Source: Candidatus Woesebacteria bacterium (GTDB taxonomy: Bacteria > Patescibacteriota > Microgenomatia > UBA8517). Taken from it: a DNA stretch of 64,000 nucleotides. The DNA is taken from the NCBI GenBank assembly GCA_013374855.1, contig CP055308.1:725310-789309 (forward strand), in the 5' to 3' direction. A program made the translations under genes and the position numbers. This document shows, one piece after another, positions 9,960-22,483 of the stretch (its first letter is position 1; each line of letters starts with the position of its first letter). The notes below the pieces were generated by a model, which did not search any database, was not told where the DNA came from, and worked only from the letters and a program-made list of their open reading frames with translations.

Positions 9960-10739
9960 TTAAAAAAAGCTAAATTTATCCTCCAAGAACAAAACAAGCC
10001 AAAAAGAAAAAATCAAGAAAGGACCAAAAGGTACAGGTCTGCCAAATTTTGCCTTGCCCATTAAAACAAGAATAATCCCAACTAAAGCACCAGTCAAGAA
10101 AGAAACAAAGATCCACACCAAAGCACTAGGAAAACCCAAAAAAAATCCCAAAGGCAAGGCGAGTTTTACATCCCCCAAACCCATCCCTCTACCTTTTGTA
10201 ATAAGGCTTAAGAAAAGCAAAATAAAAGACAACAAAAAAGCAAAAAATAATCGCATCCAAAAAACACTATCTGAAATCAGAATAGAGGTAATAATAAAAA
10301 GGAAAAATAAAAAGAACACAGGAATATCAAAGATAACTTTATACTCCAAATCAATGATAAAAATAATTTCAAGGACTAAAAAGACTATCAACAAATAGGG
10401 CAAAGCAACCCAGGACAGGGAGGACAGGGTCGGATCCTGTCCAATAAAAAATATTCCATTTTTGAGAAAAATATAGACCAAAACAAAACCAACAGCAGTA
10501 GAAAATTCAATAAAGGGGTAGCGCCAAGAAATTCTCTTTTTACAGTTGCGGCATTTGCCGCCAAGTGCGATAAAGGAAAAAAGAGGAATATTGTCATACC
10601 AGCTGATTGTTTTTTTACAGATAGGGCAAAACGACCTCTCAAAAACAAAAGGTATTCCCCGTGGCAGTCTATAAGTCAAAGCGCTTATAAAAGAACCAAA
10701 GATTAAACCCAAAAGGAAAATAAAAAATACGAACAACAT
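9960..10739 (-). CDS. pilD: Prepilin peptidase
   Basis: RSFCPIC...GKCRNC zinc motifs, IDLEY and GMGLGDVKL aspartates, PFGPFL. Confidence 0.95.
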   Translation of the reverse strand: MLFVFFIFLLGLIFGSFISALTYRLPRGIPFVFERSFCPICKKTISWYDNIPLFSFIALGGKCRNCKKRISWRYPFIEFSTAVGFVLVYIFLKNGIFFIGQDPTLSSLSWVALPYLLIVFLVLEIIFIIDLEYKVIFDIPVFFLFFLFIITSILISDSVFWMRLFFAFLLSFILLFLSLITKGRGMGLGDVKLALPLGFFLGFPSALVWIFVSFLTGALVGIILVLMGKAKFGRPVPFGPFLIFSFWLVLFLEDKFSFF

Positions 10740-10844
10740 ATACTAAAAAATAGTAAAACAAAAAAAATAACAAAGCAAATTAACAACTGAGACACAAAAA
10801 ACTACCAAGGAAAAGCTCACAAAAAAGGAGAAAAGTTGTAAAAA

Positions 10845-11426
10845 CTACGGAAGACAAATATAACACCCAGTAGCGCTACCAGAATCTGGAGCAGTCTTAC
10901 ATGTAGCATCATTCGGACAAGCGTCAGGAGGAAAATCAACTGGTAATGTAGCTTTACACCTCTTCCAAGCTTCATCTCTAAAATTTGCAGAATATGGCTT
11001 CCAACAAACATAAGTACTATCTCCCTGGGTCTGCCTGTTATAAATAAAGAGATGCTTCTGGCTGCCCGTTATTCTAGTTACAAAAGATGCTTTCAACTCA
11101 GAGGTGCCACCAGCAGAAAGATTTTTCAGCATTGGCTGACCACCGTTAACAGGATCCCTATCGCTTTTAATTTCCACCAGACCGCTGCTGAGAGGCTTAG
11201 TAGTATCATTAGCACTGGAATTCCAAGGATAGTAACCATTAGATGTATAGAACCTATCTATTCCACCAATCAACTGTTCTGCGTCTGATCTCAAACCAGT
11301 ATCTTTACTCCTATTTATTTGTTCAATCGGATTGATAGCAGACAATACTGCAACGGCAAGAATTCCAAGAACAGCAATAACAATTAGAAGCTCAATGAGG
11401 GTAAATCCTTTTTTGTAACTATGCAT
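10845..11426 (-). CDS. Type IV pilin (candidate major pilin, own promoter)
   Basis: MHSYKKG|FTLIELLIVIAVLGILA; TTGACA (11461-66) and TATATT (11437-42) upstream. Confidence 0.88.
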   Translation of the reverse strand: MHSYKKGFTLIELLIVIAVLGILAVAVLSAINPIEQINRSKDTGLRSDAEQLIGGIDRFYTSNGYYPWNSSANDTTKPLSSGLVEIKSDRDPVNGGQPMLKNLSAGGTSELKASFVTRITGSQKHLFIYNRQTQGDSTYVCWKPYSANFRDEAWKRCKATLPVDFPPDACPNDATCKTAPDSGSATGCYICLP

Positions 11427-11530
11427 ATCTATTTTCAATATAGAACAATATTTTCCAACTTGTCAAGAGGCAACTTCTCCACTTTATCAACTCTACAAAT
11501 AATTTCACCAATTCTGATACACGAAAACAG

Positions 11531-11750
11531 AAATTCTAAACTCCAAATCCTAAACAAATGATTAATGGCTAATGGTCAATGGTTAAGGTGTTTTGTTTAT
11601 GGTTTGGAATTTGTAAAATTGGATATTGTTTGAGATTTAGGATTTAGATATTAGGATTTATTGCATCAGCCATCGGTAAATTGTTATTTGTCTAGAATTT
11701 AGATATTAGAATTTAGAATTTATTGCATTAACCATCAACCATTAATCATT
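11531..11750. repeat. Heptamer-based intergenic repeat with long imperfect inverted repeats
   Basis: AATGATT/AATGGCT/AATGGTC/AATGGTT and TTAGGAT/TTAGATA/TTAGAAT units; 11557-80 complementary to 11727-50. Confidence 0.8.
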
Positions 11751-11754
11751 AATA

Positions 11755-12963
11755 CTAAAACTGACTTGTAAGATTATAAATTGGCAGGATCACAGCAATA
11801 ACTAAAAACCCTACGCCTATTCCTAAAACAATCATAACTAAAGGCTCAATAGCAGCAGTTAAAGCCTTTACTTTCTGATCAGACTCTACTTCAAACACAT
11901 GGCTGACTTTAGCCAAGACTTCACTCATCTTGCCGGTCTCTTCTCCAACTGCAATCATCTGAGAAAGTATATAAGGAAAAGCTTCAGGATGTTTACTAAA
12001 AGAAAAAGCAATGGGAAAGCCCTTTTCAACATCTTTGGCAGACTCATCAAGAGCCTCAGAAATTACCGCGTTTCCTACAACCTGCGAGGAAATACTCAAC
12101 GAATCAAGAATGGAGACCCCAGTACCTGTTAGAAGACTTAACGTTCTTGTCAGTTCCGTTAAGATAACCTGTCTTTGTAAATCACCAAAGATGGGAATCT
12201 TCAAAATAAGTTCATCCACCTTACGCTTCCCCGACTTTGTCTTGCGATAACCAATAAAAAAATTAAGGAAGACAGCAAAAGCAGCTAAAAACAACCACCA
12301 AAACTTAGCAAAAAAACCGGAGACATTCATTAGTATTTTAGTGGGGGTAGGGAGTTCGGCCCCAAACTCGGAATACAAAGAAAGCATCTTGGGAATTACA
12401 AAAACCATCATCACAAAAGCAACAACAATCATTCCTATAACTACTATAACAGGGTAAATAAGAGCTCCTTTTACTTTACCTTTAAACTCAATCTGTTTCT
12501 CCAAAGTATCAGACAGACGAGAGAGAACATTATCCAAAACACCACCAGCTTCCCCTGCCTTTATTAAAGCGACATATGTTTGACTGAAAACATCAGGATA
12601 CTTGGATATAGCGGAAGAAAATGACTGTCCCTCTTCCACATCAGCTAAAATCTGAGAAACAATCTCCTGCATTCTGCCTCGCGATTGTACTTTTAATATA
12701 TTCAATGCCTCCGTTATTGGAAGACCTGCACCGACCATTGTAGAGATCTGACGAGTAAAATTACTCACTTCCTCCGCTTTTACTTTCTTTCCCAAACCTT
12801 CTATAAGAGATAGTAAATTACTCTTTGCTTCAACAGAAAGGGAAATCAATATCAACCCCTTTTCCCTAATAAGCTGGGCCGCATACTTCTCATCATTTGC
12901 CTCCACTTTTCCCCTCACTAACTTGCCGTTTTTGTCTTTTGCCTTGAAATTAAAGGTTTTCAT
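11755..12963 (-). CDS. pilC: Type IV pilus inner-membrane platform protein PilC (T2SS F family)
   Basis: FTRQISTMVGAGLP, AGEAGGVL, ALIYP, VGEETG, IEP motifs. Confidence 0.95.
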   Translation of the reverse strand: MKTFNFKAKDKNGKLVRGKVEANDEKYAAQLIREKGLILISLSVEAKSNLLSLIEGLGKKVKAEEVSNFTRQISTMVGAGLPITEALNILKVQSRGRMQEIVSQILADVEEGQSFSSAISKYPDVFSQTYVALIKAGEAGGVLDNVLSRLSDTLEKQIEFKGKVKGALIYPVIVVIGMIVVAFVMMVFVIPKMLSLYSEFGAELPTPTKILMNVSGFFAKFWWLFLAAFAVFLNFFIGYRKTKSGKRKVDELILKIPIFGDLQRQVILTELTRTLSLLTGTGVSILDSLSISSQVVGNAVISEALDESAKDVEKGFPIAFSFSKHPEAFPYILSQMIAVGEETGKMSEVLAKVSHVFEVESDQKVKALTAAIEPLVMIVLGIGVGFLVIAVILPIYNLTSQF

Positions 12964-12971
12964 CAAAGATG

Positions 12972-14030
12972 TTAACCAACTCCCAGCAGACGAGCCAACT
13001 CGTCAGGGCGGAGAGAATAAGATTGAGCTACCTCCAACGAGATTTTGCCAGATTTTACAAGCTCGACCAAAGAGGATTCCATTGTCCTCATACCAAACTC
13101 GTGGGAAGTCTGGATGATGTTATCAAGAAGATGAGTTTTTCCTTCTCTTATAACTGTCCGAACAGCAGGTGTGCCAAGCATAACTTCATAAGCAACCACA
13201 CGCCCCCCACCAATTGCCGGCAAAAGCCGCATAGAAAAAACGCCTTCAAGAGTATTAGAAAGCTGCAATCTCACTTGACCCTGTTGGTTTTGTGGAAAAA
13301 CATCAACAATCCTATCTATAGTCTGAGATGCCGAATTAGTGTGGAGAGTAGCAAAAACAAGGTGGCCAGTTTCGGCAATAGTTAGAGCAGCAGCTATTGT
13401 TTCATAATCCCTCATCTCCCCAACCATTACAACATTCGGGTCCTCGCGTAAAACGCTCCTTAGTGCTATTTGCCAAGAATGAGTATCATTACCCACTTCT
13501 CTTTGAGAGATAATAGACTTCTTAGGCGGTATAACAAACTCAATCGGATCCTCAATCGTTACAATATGTTCACTCCTTGTCCTATTAATCTCATCAAGTA
13601 CTGCAGCCAAAGTAGTAGACTTCCCGTGTCCCGTAGGCCCCGTGACGAGAATAAAACCCTGCCTTAGATTTGCAAATGAATGAAGAATCTTGGGCAAGCC
13701 GAGTTCTTCTATTGTCAAAATCTGACTAGGAATTACATGAAAAGAAAGAGAGTAAAATCCCCTCTGGTAATAAGCATTAACCCTAAAACGAGAGTTCGAA
13801 AGGTAAAAGGAAAAATCAAGATCTCTATTAACCTTAAATCTCTCGTACTGCTCAGGTTTTAACACCAAAGGAAGAGCTTCTTCCATGAACTCCCTCGTCA
13901 CAATTGGTTCGTTCGGAACAGAATATAAGCTCCCATCTATCCTAATACAAGGAGGAACCCCGACTATCAGGTGAAGATCTGAGGCTTTTTTCTCAACCGC
14001 TAAATTTAAAAGCTCTATTACGCTCAACAT
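12972..14030 (-). CDS. pilT: Pilus retraction ATPase PilT
   Basis: ASDLHL, GPTGHGKST, TIEDPIE, LREDP, GEMRD, ETGHLVFATLHT. Confidence 0.95.
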   Translation of the reverse strand: MLSVIELLNLAVEKKASDLHLIVGVPPCIRIDGSLYSVPNEPIVTREFMEEALPLVLKPEQYERFKVNRDLDFSFYLSNSRFRVNAYYQRGFYSLSFHVIPSQILTIEELGLPKILHSFANLRQGFILVTGPTGHGKSTTLAAVLDEINRTRSEHIVTIEDPIEFVIPPKKSIISQREVGNDTHSWQIALRSVLREDPNVVMVGEMRDYETIAAALTIAETGHLVFATLHTNSASQTIDRIVDVFPQNQQGQVRLQLSNTLEGVFSMRLLPAIGGGRVVAYEVMLGTPAVRTVIREGKTHLLDNIIQTSHEFGMRTMESSLVELVKSGKISLEVAQSYSLRPDELARLLGVG

Positions 14031-14083
14031 AGGGCAGCTACATCATTATAACAACAATACCACAAAACACCAAGAAACAAAAT

Positions 14084-15814
14084 CTACTCCTGGGCAACTC
14101 TCAAAACTTCTTCTACAGTTGATATTCCCTCAATAACCTTCAAGTATCCGTCTTGCTTCATTGTAACCATACCTTCTGATCTTGCTTGCTTCTCAATTTC
14201 TGCTGCAGGGCTTCGTTCTAAAATCATTCTACTTATTTTTTCAGTAACAGGCATTACTTCAAAAATTCCAATCCTCCCGTAATATCCACTATCTCCACAT
14301 CCTGCGCAACCTTTCCCGCGATACAAAATGTTATCCTTCTTGTTAGACGGCCAAAGGCTACCCAACACCTCCTTAATTTCTTTTATAACCTTCTCATCTG
14401 CTTCATACTCCTCTTTGCAATCCTCGTGGATCTTTCTCACTACCCTTTGTGCCAAAACGGCGGTCATTGATGAAGCTAAAAGATAAGGCTCAGCACCCAT
14501 ATCAAGTAAGCGAGGCAGAGCCCCAGAAGCATCGTTCGTATGAAGTGTGGAAAAGACCAAATGACCAGTTAATGAAGCCTGTATTGCAAGATCTGCAGTC
14601 TCACGATCCCTTATCTCTCCAACAAGAATAATATTCGGATCTTGCCTTAAAAACGCCCTTAAACCTGAAGCAAAAGTCAATCCTGCTGCTGGGTTAACCT
14701 GAACCTGATTAACACCCGGTATCTTGTATTCTATCGGGTCTTCAAGAGTAACAATATTAACCTTCGGAGTATTAATTCTTGAAATAATAGAGTAAAGAGT
14801 AGTTGTCTTACCAGAACCTGTAGGGCCGCAGATTATTATTATTCCATGAGGACGCAAGATGGCCTCTTCCAGATTTTTAAGTGCAAGTCCCCGCAATCCA
14901 AGTTCAGGAAGATCGGGTACTCCACCAGTCTTTTTCAAAAGCCTCATTACAACCTTTTCCCCCCAAGCTGTGGGTAACGTAGAAACACGAAGGTCAACAT
15001 CTTCTGAAGCTTCTGTAAAATTAAATCTTCCATCCTGTGGCACCCGCTTCTCATCAATCTTAAGACCAGAAAGAATCTTAATCCTTGAAACCAAAGCATC
15101 ATGCAAAGGTTTTGGAACCGTTAATTTTTCCTGCAAGATACCATCAATTCTGTAACGCACTCGGGTCGTTTTTTCCTGCGGCTCTATATGAATATCTGAT
15201 GCTCTAGCTCTTACCGCAAAATCAAGAATATTCCTTACAATTTCTGCTATTTTTTCGTCTTTTATAAAAGTCTGTCGGCCAACATCAATAATTTTAGAAT
15301 AACCTGATTCAGTTGTAACATCCTTTAAAGCCTCCGTGACTTCTTTTGATAAAGAGGTGGCATATTTTACAGCAATAAATTCATCTATTTGTCCTTCTTC
15401 AGCTGCCAATGGCCTTACTTTAAAACCAGTTTTTTGTTCTACAAACTCTATAGCAAACATATCCAGAGGATTAGCCATTGCAAGTTCCATAACATTCGTT
15501 GTTCTATCAATTGACAAGGGGAAAACCTTAAATCTTTCGGCTATTTCTTTGGGTAGAACAGCCATAGCCTCTGGAGATAATGGTTGAGTAGAAAGATCCA
15601 CAAAGTCAAAATTATTAAGAGATGCTTTGGCTTTAGCTAAATCTTGAGAAGAAACGACATTCAAAGATTTAATAATTTCCTCTTCATCCTTTCCAGTTTG
15701 AACCACCTTAAGCTTAACTTCCTCTGCTTTCTCTTGATTTAGAACACCTTCCTTAACAAGAAAATCAATCAAACCTGTATTTTGTTGAAAGCCGTTCTTT
15801 TTATGGGCAGACAT
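14084..15814 (-). CDS. pilB: Pilus assembly ATPase PilB/GspE
   Basis: ASDIHIEP, GPTGSGKTTT, LRQDPN, GHLVFSTLHTN. Confidence 0.95.
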   Translation of the reverse strand: MSAHKKNGFQQNTGLIDFLVKEGVLNQEKAEEVKLKVVQTGKDEEEIIKSLNVVSSQDLAKAKASLNNFDFVDLSTQPLSPEAMAVLPKEIAERFKVFPLSIDRTTNVMELAMANPLDMFAIEFVEQKTGFKVRPLAAEEGQIDEFIAVKYATSLSKEVTEALKDVTTESGYSKIIDVGRQTFIKDEKIAEIVRNILDFAVRARASDIHIEPQEKTTRVRYRIDGILQEKLTVPKPLHDALVSRIKILSGLKIDEKRVPQDGRFNFTEASEDVDLRVSTLPTAWGEKVVMRLLKKTGGVPDLPELGLRGLALKNLEEAILRPHGIIIICGPTGSGKTTTLYSIISRINTPKVNIVTLEDPIEYKIPGVNQVQVNPAAGLTFASGLRAFLRQDPNIILVGEIRDRETADLAIQASLTGHLVFSTLHTNDASGALPRLLDMGAEPYLLASSMTAVLAQRVVRKIHEDCKEEYEADEKVIKEIKEVLGSLWPSNKKDNILYRGKGCAGCGDSGYYGRIGIFEVMPVTEKISRMILERSPAAEIEKQARSEGMVTMKQDGYLKVIEGISTVEEVLRVAQE

Positions 15815-15879
15815 ACACTAACTTTACATCAGAAAAAATATTGTATCAAGTCCAGGTAAAAATCTGATAATATATGCCT

Positions 15880-16491
15880 ATGCACGCGTACCTCTTGCAT
15901 TCTAGAAAAAACAATTCCATTTTGGAAGAAGAAATAAACAAAATTCTCCAAAAAGAGGGGGCAAAAAAAATCGAGTTTCCAGTTAAAACAATAAAAGAAG
16001 TTGAGGAATTAAAAAAAACTACAAAAATAATAAATCCACAAAAGAAAGCATTAATCATGCGAGATATAGAAAAAGCCTCTTTACCAGCACTCAACGCCAT
16101 GCTTAAAATTCTAGAAGAGCCTCCCGGCAATACTTGTTTTATTCTCACAACCCGTAACTTAAATTCAGTTATTGGTACTATAAAGTCAAGATGTCAAATA
16201 ATTACTATTCGCGAAAAAGCCGTACTTGAAAAAGAAAAGGAAGAAGAAATCCAAAAATTCCTAGAGGCAAAAGAGGGAGAAAAATTTTTGTTTATAAATA
16301 AAATAAAAAAAAGAGAAGAAGCTATAAATCTTCTGGAAAACTTAATAAGCTATATTGAACCAAAAATAAAAGACAACCCAAACAAATCAGAACTTGCCAA
16401 AATACTAGAACTTTCCAAAAACGCACTAATTGCTATAAAATCAAACGGTAATATAAAACTTCAGTTGACAAAAATAGCAATCAACCTTTAG
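15880..16491 (+). CDS. holB: DNA polymerase III delta'-like subunit (short)
   Basis: MHAYLL start; NAMLKILEEPP and TIKSRC motifs. Confidence 0.75.
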   Translation: MHAYLLHSRKNNSILEEEINKILQKEGAKKIEFPVKTIKEVEELKKTTKIINPQKKALIMRDIEKASLPALNAMLKILEEPPGNTCFILTTRNLNSVIGTIKSRCQIITIREKAVLEKEKEEEIQKFLEAKEGEKFLFINKIKKREEAINLLENLISYIEPKIKDNPNKSELAKILELSKNALIAIKSNGNIKLQLTKIAINL

Positions 16492-16535
16492 GATACCTTT
16501 ATCATCAAAATAAATCTAATTTGAGGTATAATTAA

Positions 16536-18485
<1,950 letters not shown>

Positions 18486-18553
18486 TTCTCCTATTGACAC
18501 AAAATACGCCAAAAAATAAAATAGCCGTAAGCTAAACTGAAACCTCTTTCTTT

Positions 18554-20653
18554 ATGGAAAACATAAACCTATTTTTGGAAATAATAATCGCAATAAGTGT
18601 TATCGGAATATCCTTCGGAATCTACTTGGCAAAATATGTTCTATCACAAAAATTACCTAAAGGAGAAGCAGAAGAAGTGAGTAAAGCCATACAATCAGGA
18701 GCAAATGCATATCTTAAAAGGCAGTTTAAAACAATTACACCTCTTGTGGTAGTTATAACGATTTTCCTTTACATCACCGCTCCTGTAAAAGAATTGGCAT
18801 TAGCTCGATCGCTAGCATTTGTTATGGGAGCTTTATTCTCAAGCATTATAGGAACAGTTGGAATGAATATCGCTACAAAAGCAAACGCAAGAGTAACTCA
18901 AGCTGCAAACAAAGGATTCAAAGAAGCTATGGTTCTAGCCTTCAGAGCAGGAGCAACTACAGGAATGTTTACAATAGGGCTCGGCCTTTTGGGTGCCACA
19001 ATCATATATTCAATTTTTAGGGAAAAAGCAACAGAAGTCTTAGTTGGATTTGGATTTGGGGGATCACTTCTTGCTCTTTTTATGAGAGTTGGAGGGGGGA
19101 TTTACACTAAGGCAGCAGACATCGGAGCAGATCTTGTAGGTAAAGTAGAAAAAAACATACCAGAAGATGATCCAAGAAACGCTGCCGTTATAGCTGATCA
19201 AGTAGGAGATAATGTAGGAGATTGCGCAGGAATGGCAGCTGATATTTTCGAATCCTACGAAGTAACTTTGGTTGCCGCAATGATATTAGGAGGGATAACT
19301 TTCGGACTTCCCGGTGTTCTTTTTCCACTGGCAGTTAGGGCACTGGGGATTATCACATCAATGATAGGAATACTCTCTGTTAAACCAAAAGGAAATACTG
19401 TATCTGACGGTTCGAGAGCAATTATCAAGTCTTTCTTGATTTCCTCAATTTTCTCAATCGCAGGATTCTGGTATTTTTCCAATTCTATTCTCCACAGCTC
19501 AAACCCAGCCATTGCTGCTACTTTGGGAATAGTCTTGGCTTTTGTAATATTCCTGCTAACAGATTATGCTACAGGAAACCATGCCCCAGTCAAAAACATA
19601 GCCAAACAAGCGCAAAGCGGAGCAGCGACTACTATTTTAAGTGGTTTGGTTGAAGGATTTTCTTCTACAGCTTGGGCAATTGTTGTTATAGGTGTTACTA
19701 TAATAGCTTCATTTCTTATCTTCAACGACCCACTTGAGGCAGCCTACGGTGTAGCTCTTGCTGGTATGGGAATGTTAACAACTACAGGGTTAATTGTTTC
19801 AATGGATTCCTTTGGTCCTATCGCCGACAACGCCCAAGGGGTAGCAGAGCTTGCCAAGATGAAAGGGAAAATTCTAAACATACTTCCCAAATTAGACAGC
19901 ATCGGAAACACAACTAAAGCAACAACTAAAGGTTTTGCTATAGGAAGCGCTGTTATTGCAGCAGTATCTCTATTTGAATCTTATATGACTGATGCTGGTC
20001 TTTCAGGAATAAACATAGCAACACCATACTCCTTTGTAGGTCTCCTCATAGGTGGGGCAATACCCTTCCTTTTTTCTGCACTAAGTATAAAAGCAGTTTC
20101 AGAGAGTGCCTATGCTGTTATAAATGAGGTAAGAAAACAATTTAAAGAGATACCAGGTATTATGAAAGGAACCACAAAACCCAATTACGGAAAGGTTGTA
20201 GATCTTACAACAAAAGCAGCTCTTTCTGCTCTTGCAACACCTGCAATTATTGCCATAACCACACCTATTTTAGTAGGATTACTTCTTAAAGCAGAAGGGT
20301 TAGGAGCTTTTCTTGCAGGATCAATACTTTCAGGCCAACTTCTAGCGGTATTTATGGCTAACGCTGGAGGAGCCTGGGACAATGCAAAGAAAATGATAGA
20401 AGATGGGCTATATGGTGGAAAAGGATCAGATACCCACAAAGCAGCGGTTGTAGGAGATACCGTAGGAGATCCTCTAAAAGATACTGCGGGTCCTGCTATG
20501 AATCCTCTTATAAAAGTAATTAATCTGGTAGCTTTGCTTATTGCTCCAATTGTAAAAAACCAAATACACCAAACAACTACCATCATTGTATCAATCATCC
20601 TAATAATAACAATTATCACCTCTCTCTATAGAGGGTATCAAAAAACATTGTAA
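18554..20653 (+). CDS. hppA: Membrane H+-translocating pyrophosphatase, K+-independent type
   Basis: [25 protein letters not shown] (Lys form), [10 protein letters not shown]. Confidence 0.95.
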   Translation: MENINLFLEIIIAISVIGISFGIYLAKYVLSQKLPKGEAEEVSKAIQSGANAYLKRQFKTITPLVVVITIFLYITAPVKELALARSLAFVMGALFSSIIGTVGMNIATKANARVTQAANKGFKEAMVLAFRAGATTGMFTIGLGLLGATIIYSIFREKATEVLVGFGFGGSLLALFMRVGGGIYTKAADIGADLVGKVEKNIPEDDPRNAAVIADQVGDNVGDCAGMAADIFESYEVTLVAAMILGGITFGLPGVLFPLAVRALGIITSMIGILSVKPKGNTVSDGSRAIIKSFLISSIFSIAGFWYFSNSILHSSNPAIAATLGIVLAFVIFLLTDYATGNHAPVKNIAKQAQSGAATTILSGLVEGFSSTAWAIVVIGVTIIASFLIFNDPLEAAYGVALAGMGMLTTTGLIVSMDSFGPIADNAQGVAELAKMKGKILNILPKLDSIGNTTKATTKGFAIGSAVIAAVSLFESYMTDAGLSGINIATPYSFVGLLIGGAIPFLFSALSIKAVSESAYAVINEVRKQFKEIPGIMKGTTKPNYGKVVDLTTKAALSALATPAIIAITTPILVGLLLKAEGLGAFLAGSILSGQLLAVFMANAGGAWDNAKKMIEDGLYGGKGSDTHKAAVVGDTVGDPLKDTAGPAMNPLIKVINLVALLIAPIVKNQIHQTTTIIVSIILIITIITSLYRGYQKTL

Positions 20654-20699
20654 GTCTAATACTAATTGAATAATAAAGCCAATTTTGATAAAAAAACTA

Positions 20700-22480
20700 A
20701 TGGCTAAAAAAATCACAGGACAGAGTTTAAGAAAATACTTGCTGGAATTTCTATATCCATATTATTTGCAGCAATAGGTATCTATATCTCGCTGAACACT
20801 AAAAAAAAACTCGAACTAAGCAAGGCTAACTCTGAAGAAACAGAGGAAACGCTTTTTCAAAACTCACCTTCATCTTCACCAAATGAAATAATAATTAAAT
20901 ACAAACCAAGTAAAGAGGGAAAAATAACCAAAGAAATTGAAAAATATTCTAAGGGGAATCTAAACAAAAAATTTGGGAGCGTTTATACTCTTGAAGTAGG
21001 CGAAAATCAAGTAGATCAAGCTATTTCTGAAATACAAAAATCAAATGATGTTGAATACGCAGAACCAAACTATTACCTTGAATATCATTTAACTCCAAAC
21101 GACCCTTTATTCAAAGATCAATGGTGGCTTGCAAAAATCGAAGCTGAGAAAGCTTGGAACATAACACAAGGAAGCGAAACAGTAAAAGTAGGGATAGTAG
21201 ACTCTGGAATAACAAATAATCACAATGATCTAACTCCAAAGGTAGTTGGTTGGAAAAGCTTTGCAGGTGATTTATACGACATGACAGGACATGGTTCTCT
21301 TACAAGTGGTATAGTGGGGGCTATCACTAACAATAACATTGGTATATCAAGCATTGGTTTTAAAGTTAACCTCATTTCAATAAAAGTGGGTAATAGAAAG
21401 GCATCTGCAGCAGACGTTGCCAGTGGCATAAGGTGGGCTGCTGACAACAACATAGGAATAATCAACATGAGTCTAGGTTCACTTGAAGATGTCAGAACGA
21501 TAAAAGAGGCAATAGCATACGCATCCAGCAAAGGAGTTTTTATTGTTGCTTCAGCCGGGAACACAGGCAGAAACAAACGAACTTATCCTGCTGCATACCC
21601 CAATGTTTTCTCCGTTGCCGCAACCAATGAAAACGATGAAAAGGCAAATTTCTCCACATATGGAGACTGGGTAGACATAGCTGCCCCTGGAGTAAACATT
21701 CTATCAACCGATAAATCAGGTAGCTATAGTAGTTGGGATGGAACTAGTTTTTCTGCTCCAATTGTAGCAGGAATAGCAGCCCTACTCAAATCAAAGTTCC
21801 CAAACTATACAAACTCCCAAATAGAACAAAGACTTTGTGATACTGCTGATAAAATAAACAAAACTGGTGAATTCTGGAAATGTGGAAGAATCAACGCTTA
21901 TAAAGCCCTAGTAGGCAATGATTTTGCCACTCCTTCTCCAACAGCAACCCCCCAAACAACCCCTTCTCCACCTCCCAATCCGTCAAACACCTTAAGAGTA
22001 AACATCAGATTTCAAGGAATCACCTCAAAAGCAAATCATCAGAAATCAATTATTGAATTATTTCAAAACTCAAAAAGCATTTACCAATTGGACCAAAAAA
22101 TCGAGAATAACGAAAACGGAATTTACTCTTTTTACATTAACAACTCAGACCAAAAAATCAAACCGGGAAATTACGAAATTCGTGTAAAGGGGGAATCCCA
22201 TCTTGGTAAGAAATTCAAAAATGTAGAAATTAAATCAATAAATGATACCTTAAATTTAACATCAGAAGACATAAAAGCAGGAGATGTAGATAATGATAAC
22301 AAAATAACTATAACAGATATCGCTCAAGTCCTTTCTTTTTATAAATCATTCTCAAACAAAGTAGACGAAAATAACTCTAAAATGATTCAATCAGACATAA
22401 ATAAAGATGGGAAAATTACTATAATAGATGTCGCCCTCGTTGCTCTAAATTGGTCAATTTTAAATTTCAGTGGGGAATAA
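20700..22480 (+). CDS. Membrane-anchored S8 subtilase with propeptide, Pro/Thr linker and C-terminal dockerin-like domain; start codon out of frame at an A7 run
   Basis: Frame open 20708-22480: TM, VEYAEPNY, PNDP, IVDSG, TGHGS, GTSFSAP, GDVDNDNKI/SDINKDGKI; ATG at 20700 is in another frame. Confidence 0.85.
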
Positions 22481-22483
22481 GTA

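Noticed and set aside
11531-11750. CRISPR array
   Set aside because: Repeats are degenerate heptamers without unique spacers, and there are no cas genes in the window
12969-13385. 138-aa plus-strand ORF and similar antisense ORFs (484-840, 10054-10398, 20185-20619, 23782-24273, 26385-26849, 52831-53349, 60678-61121)
   Set aside because: Shadows of well-supported genes on the opposite strand with no recognisable motifs
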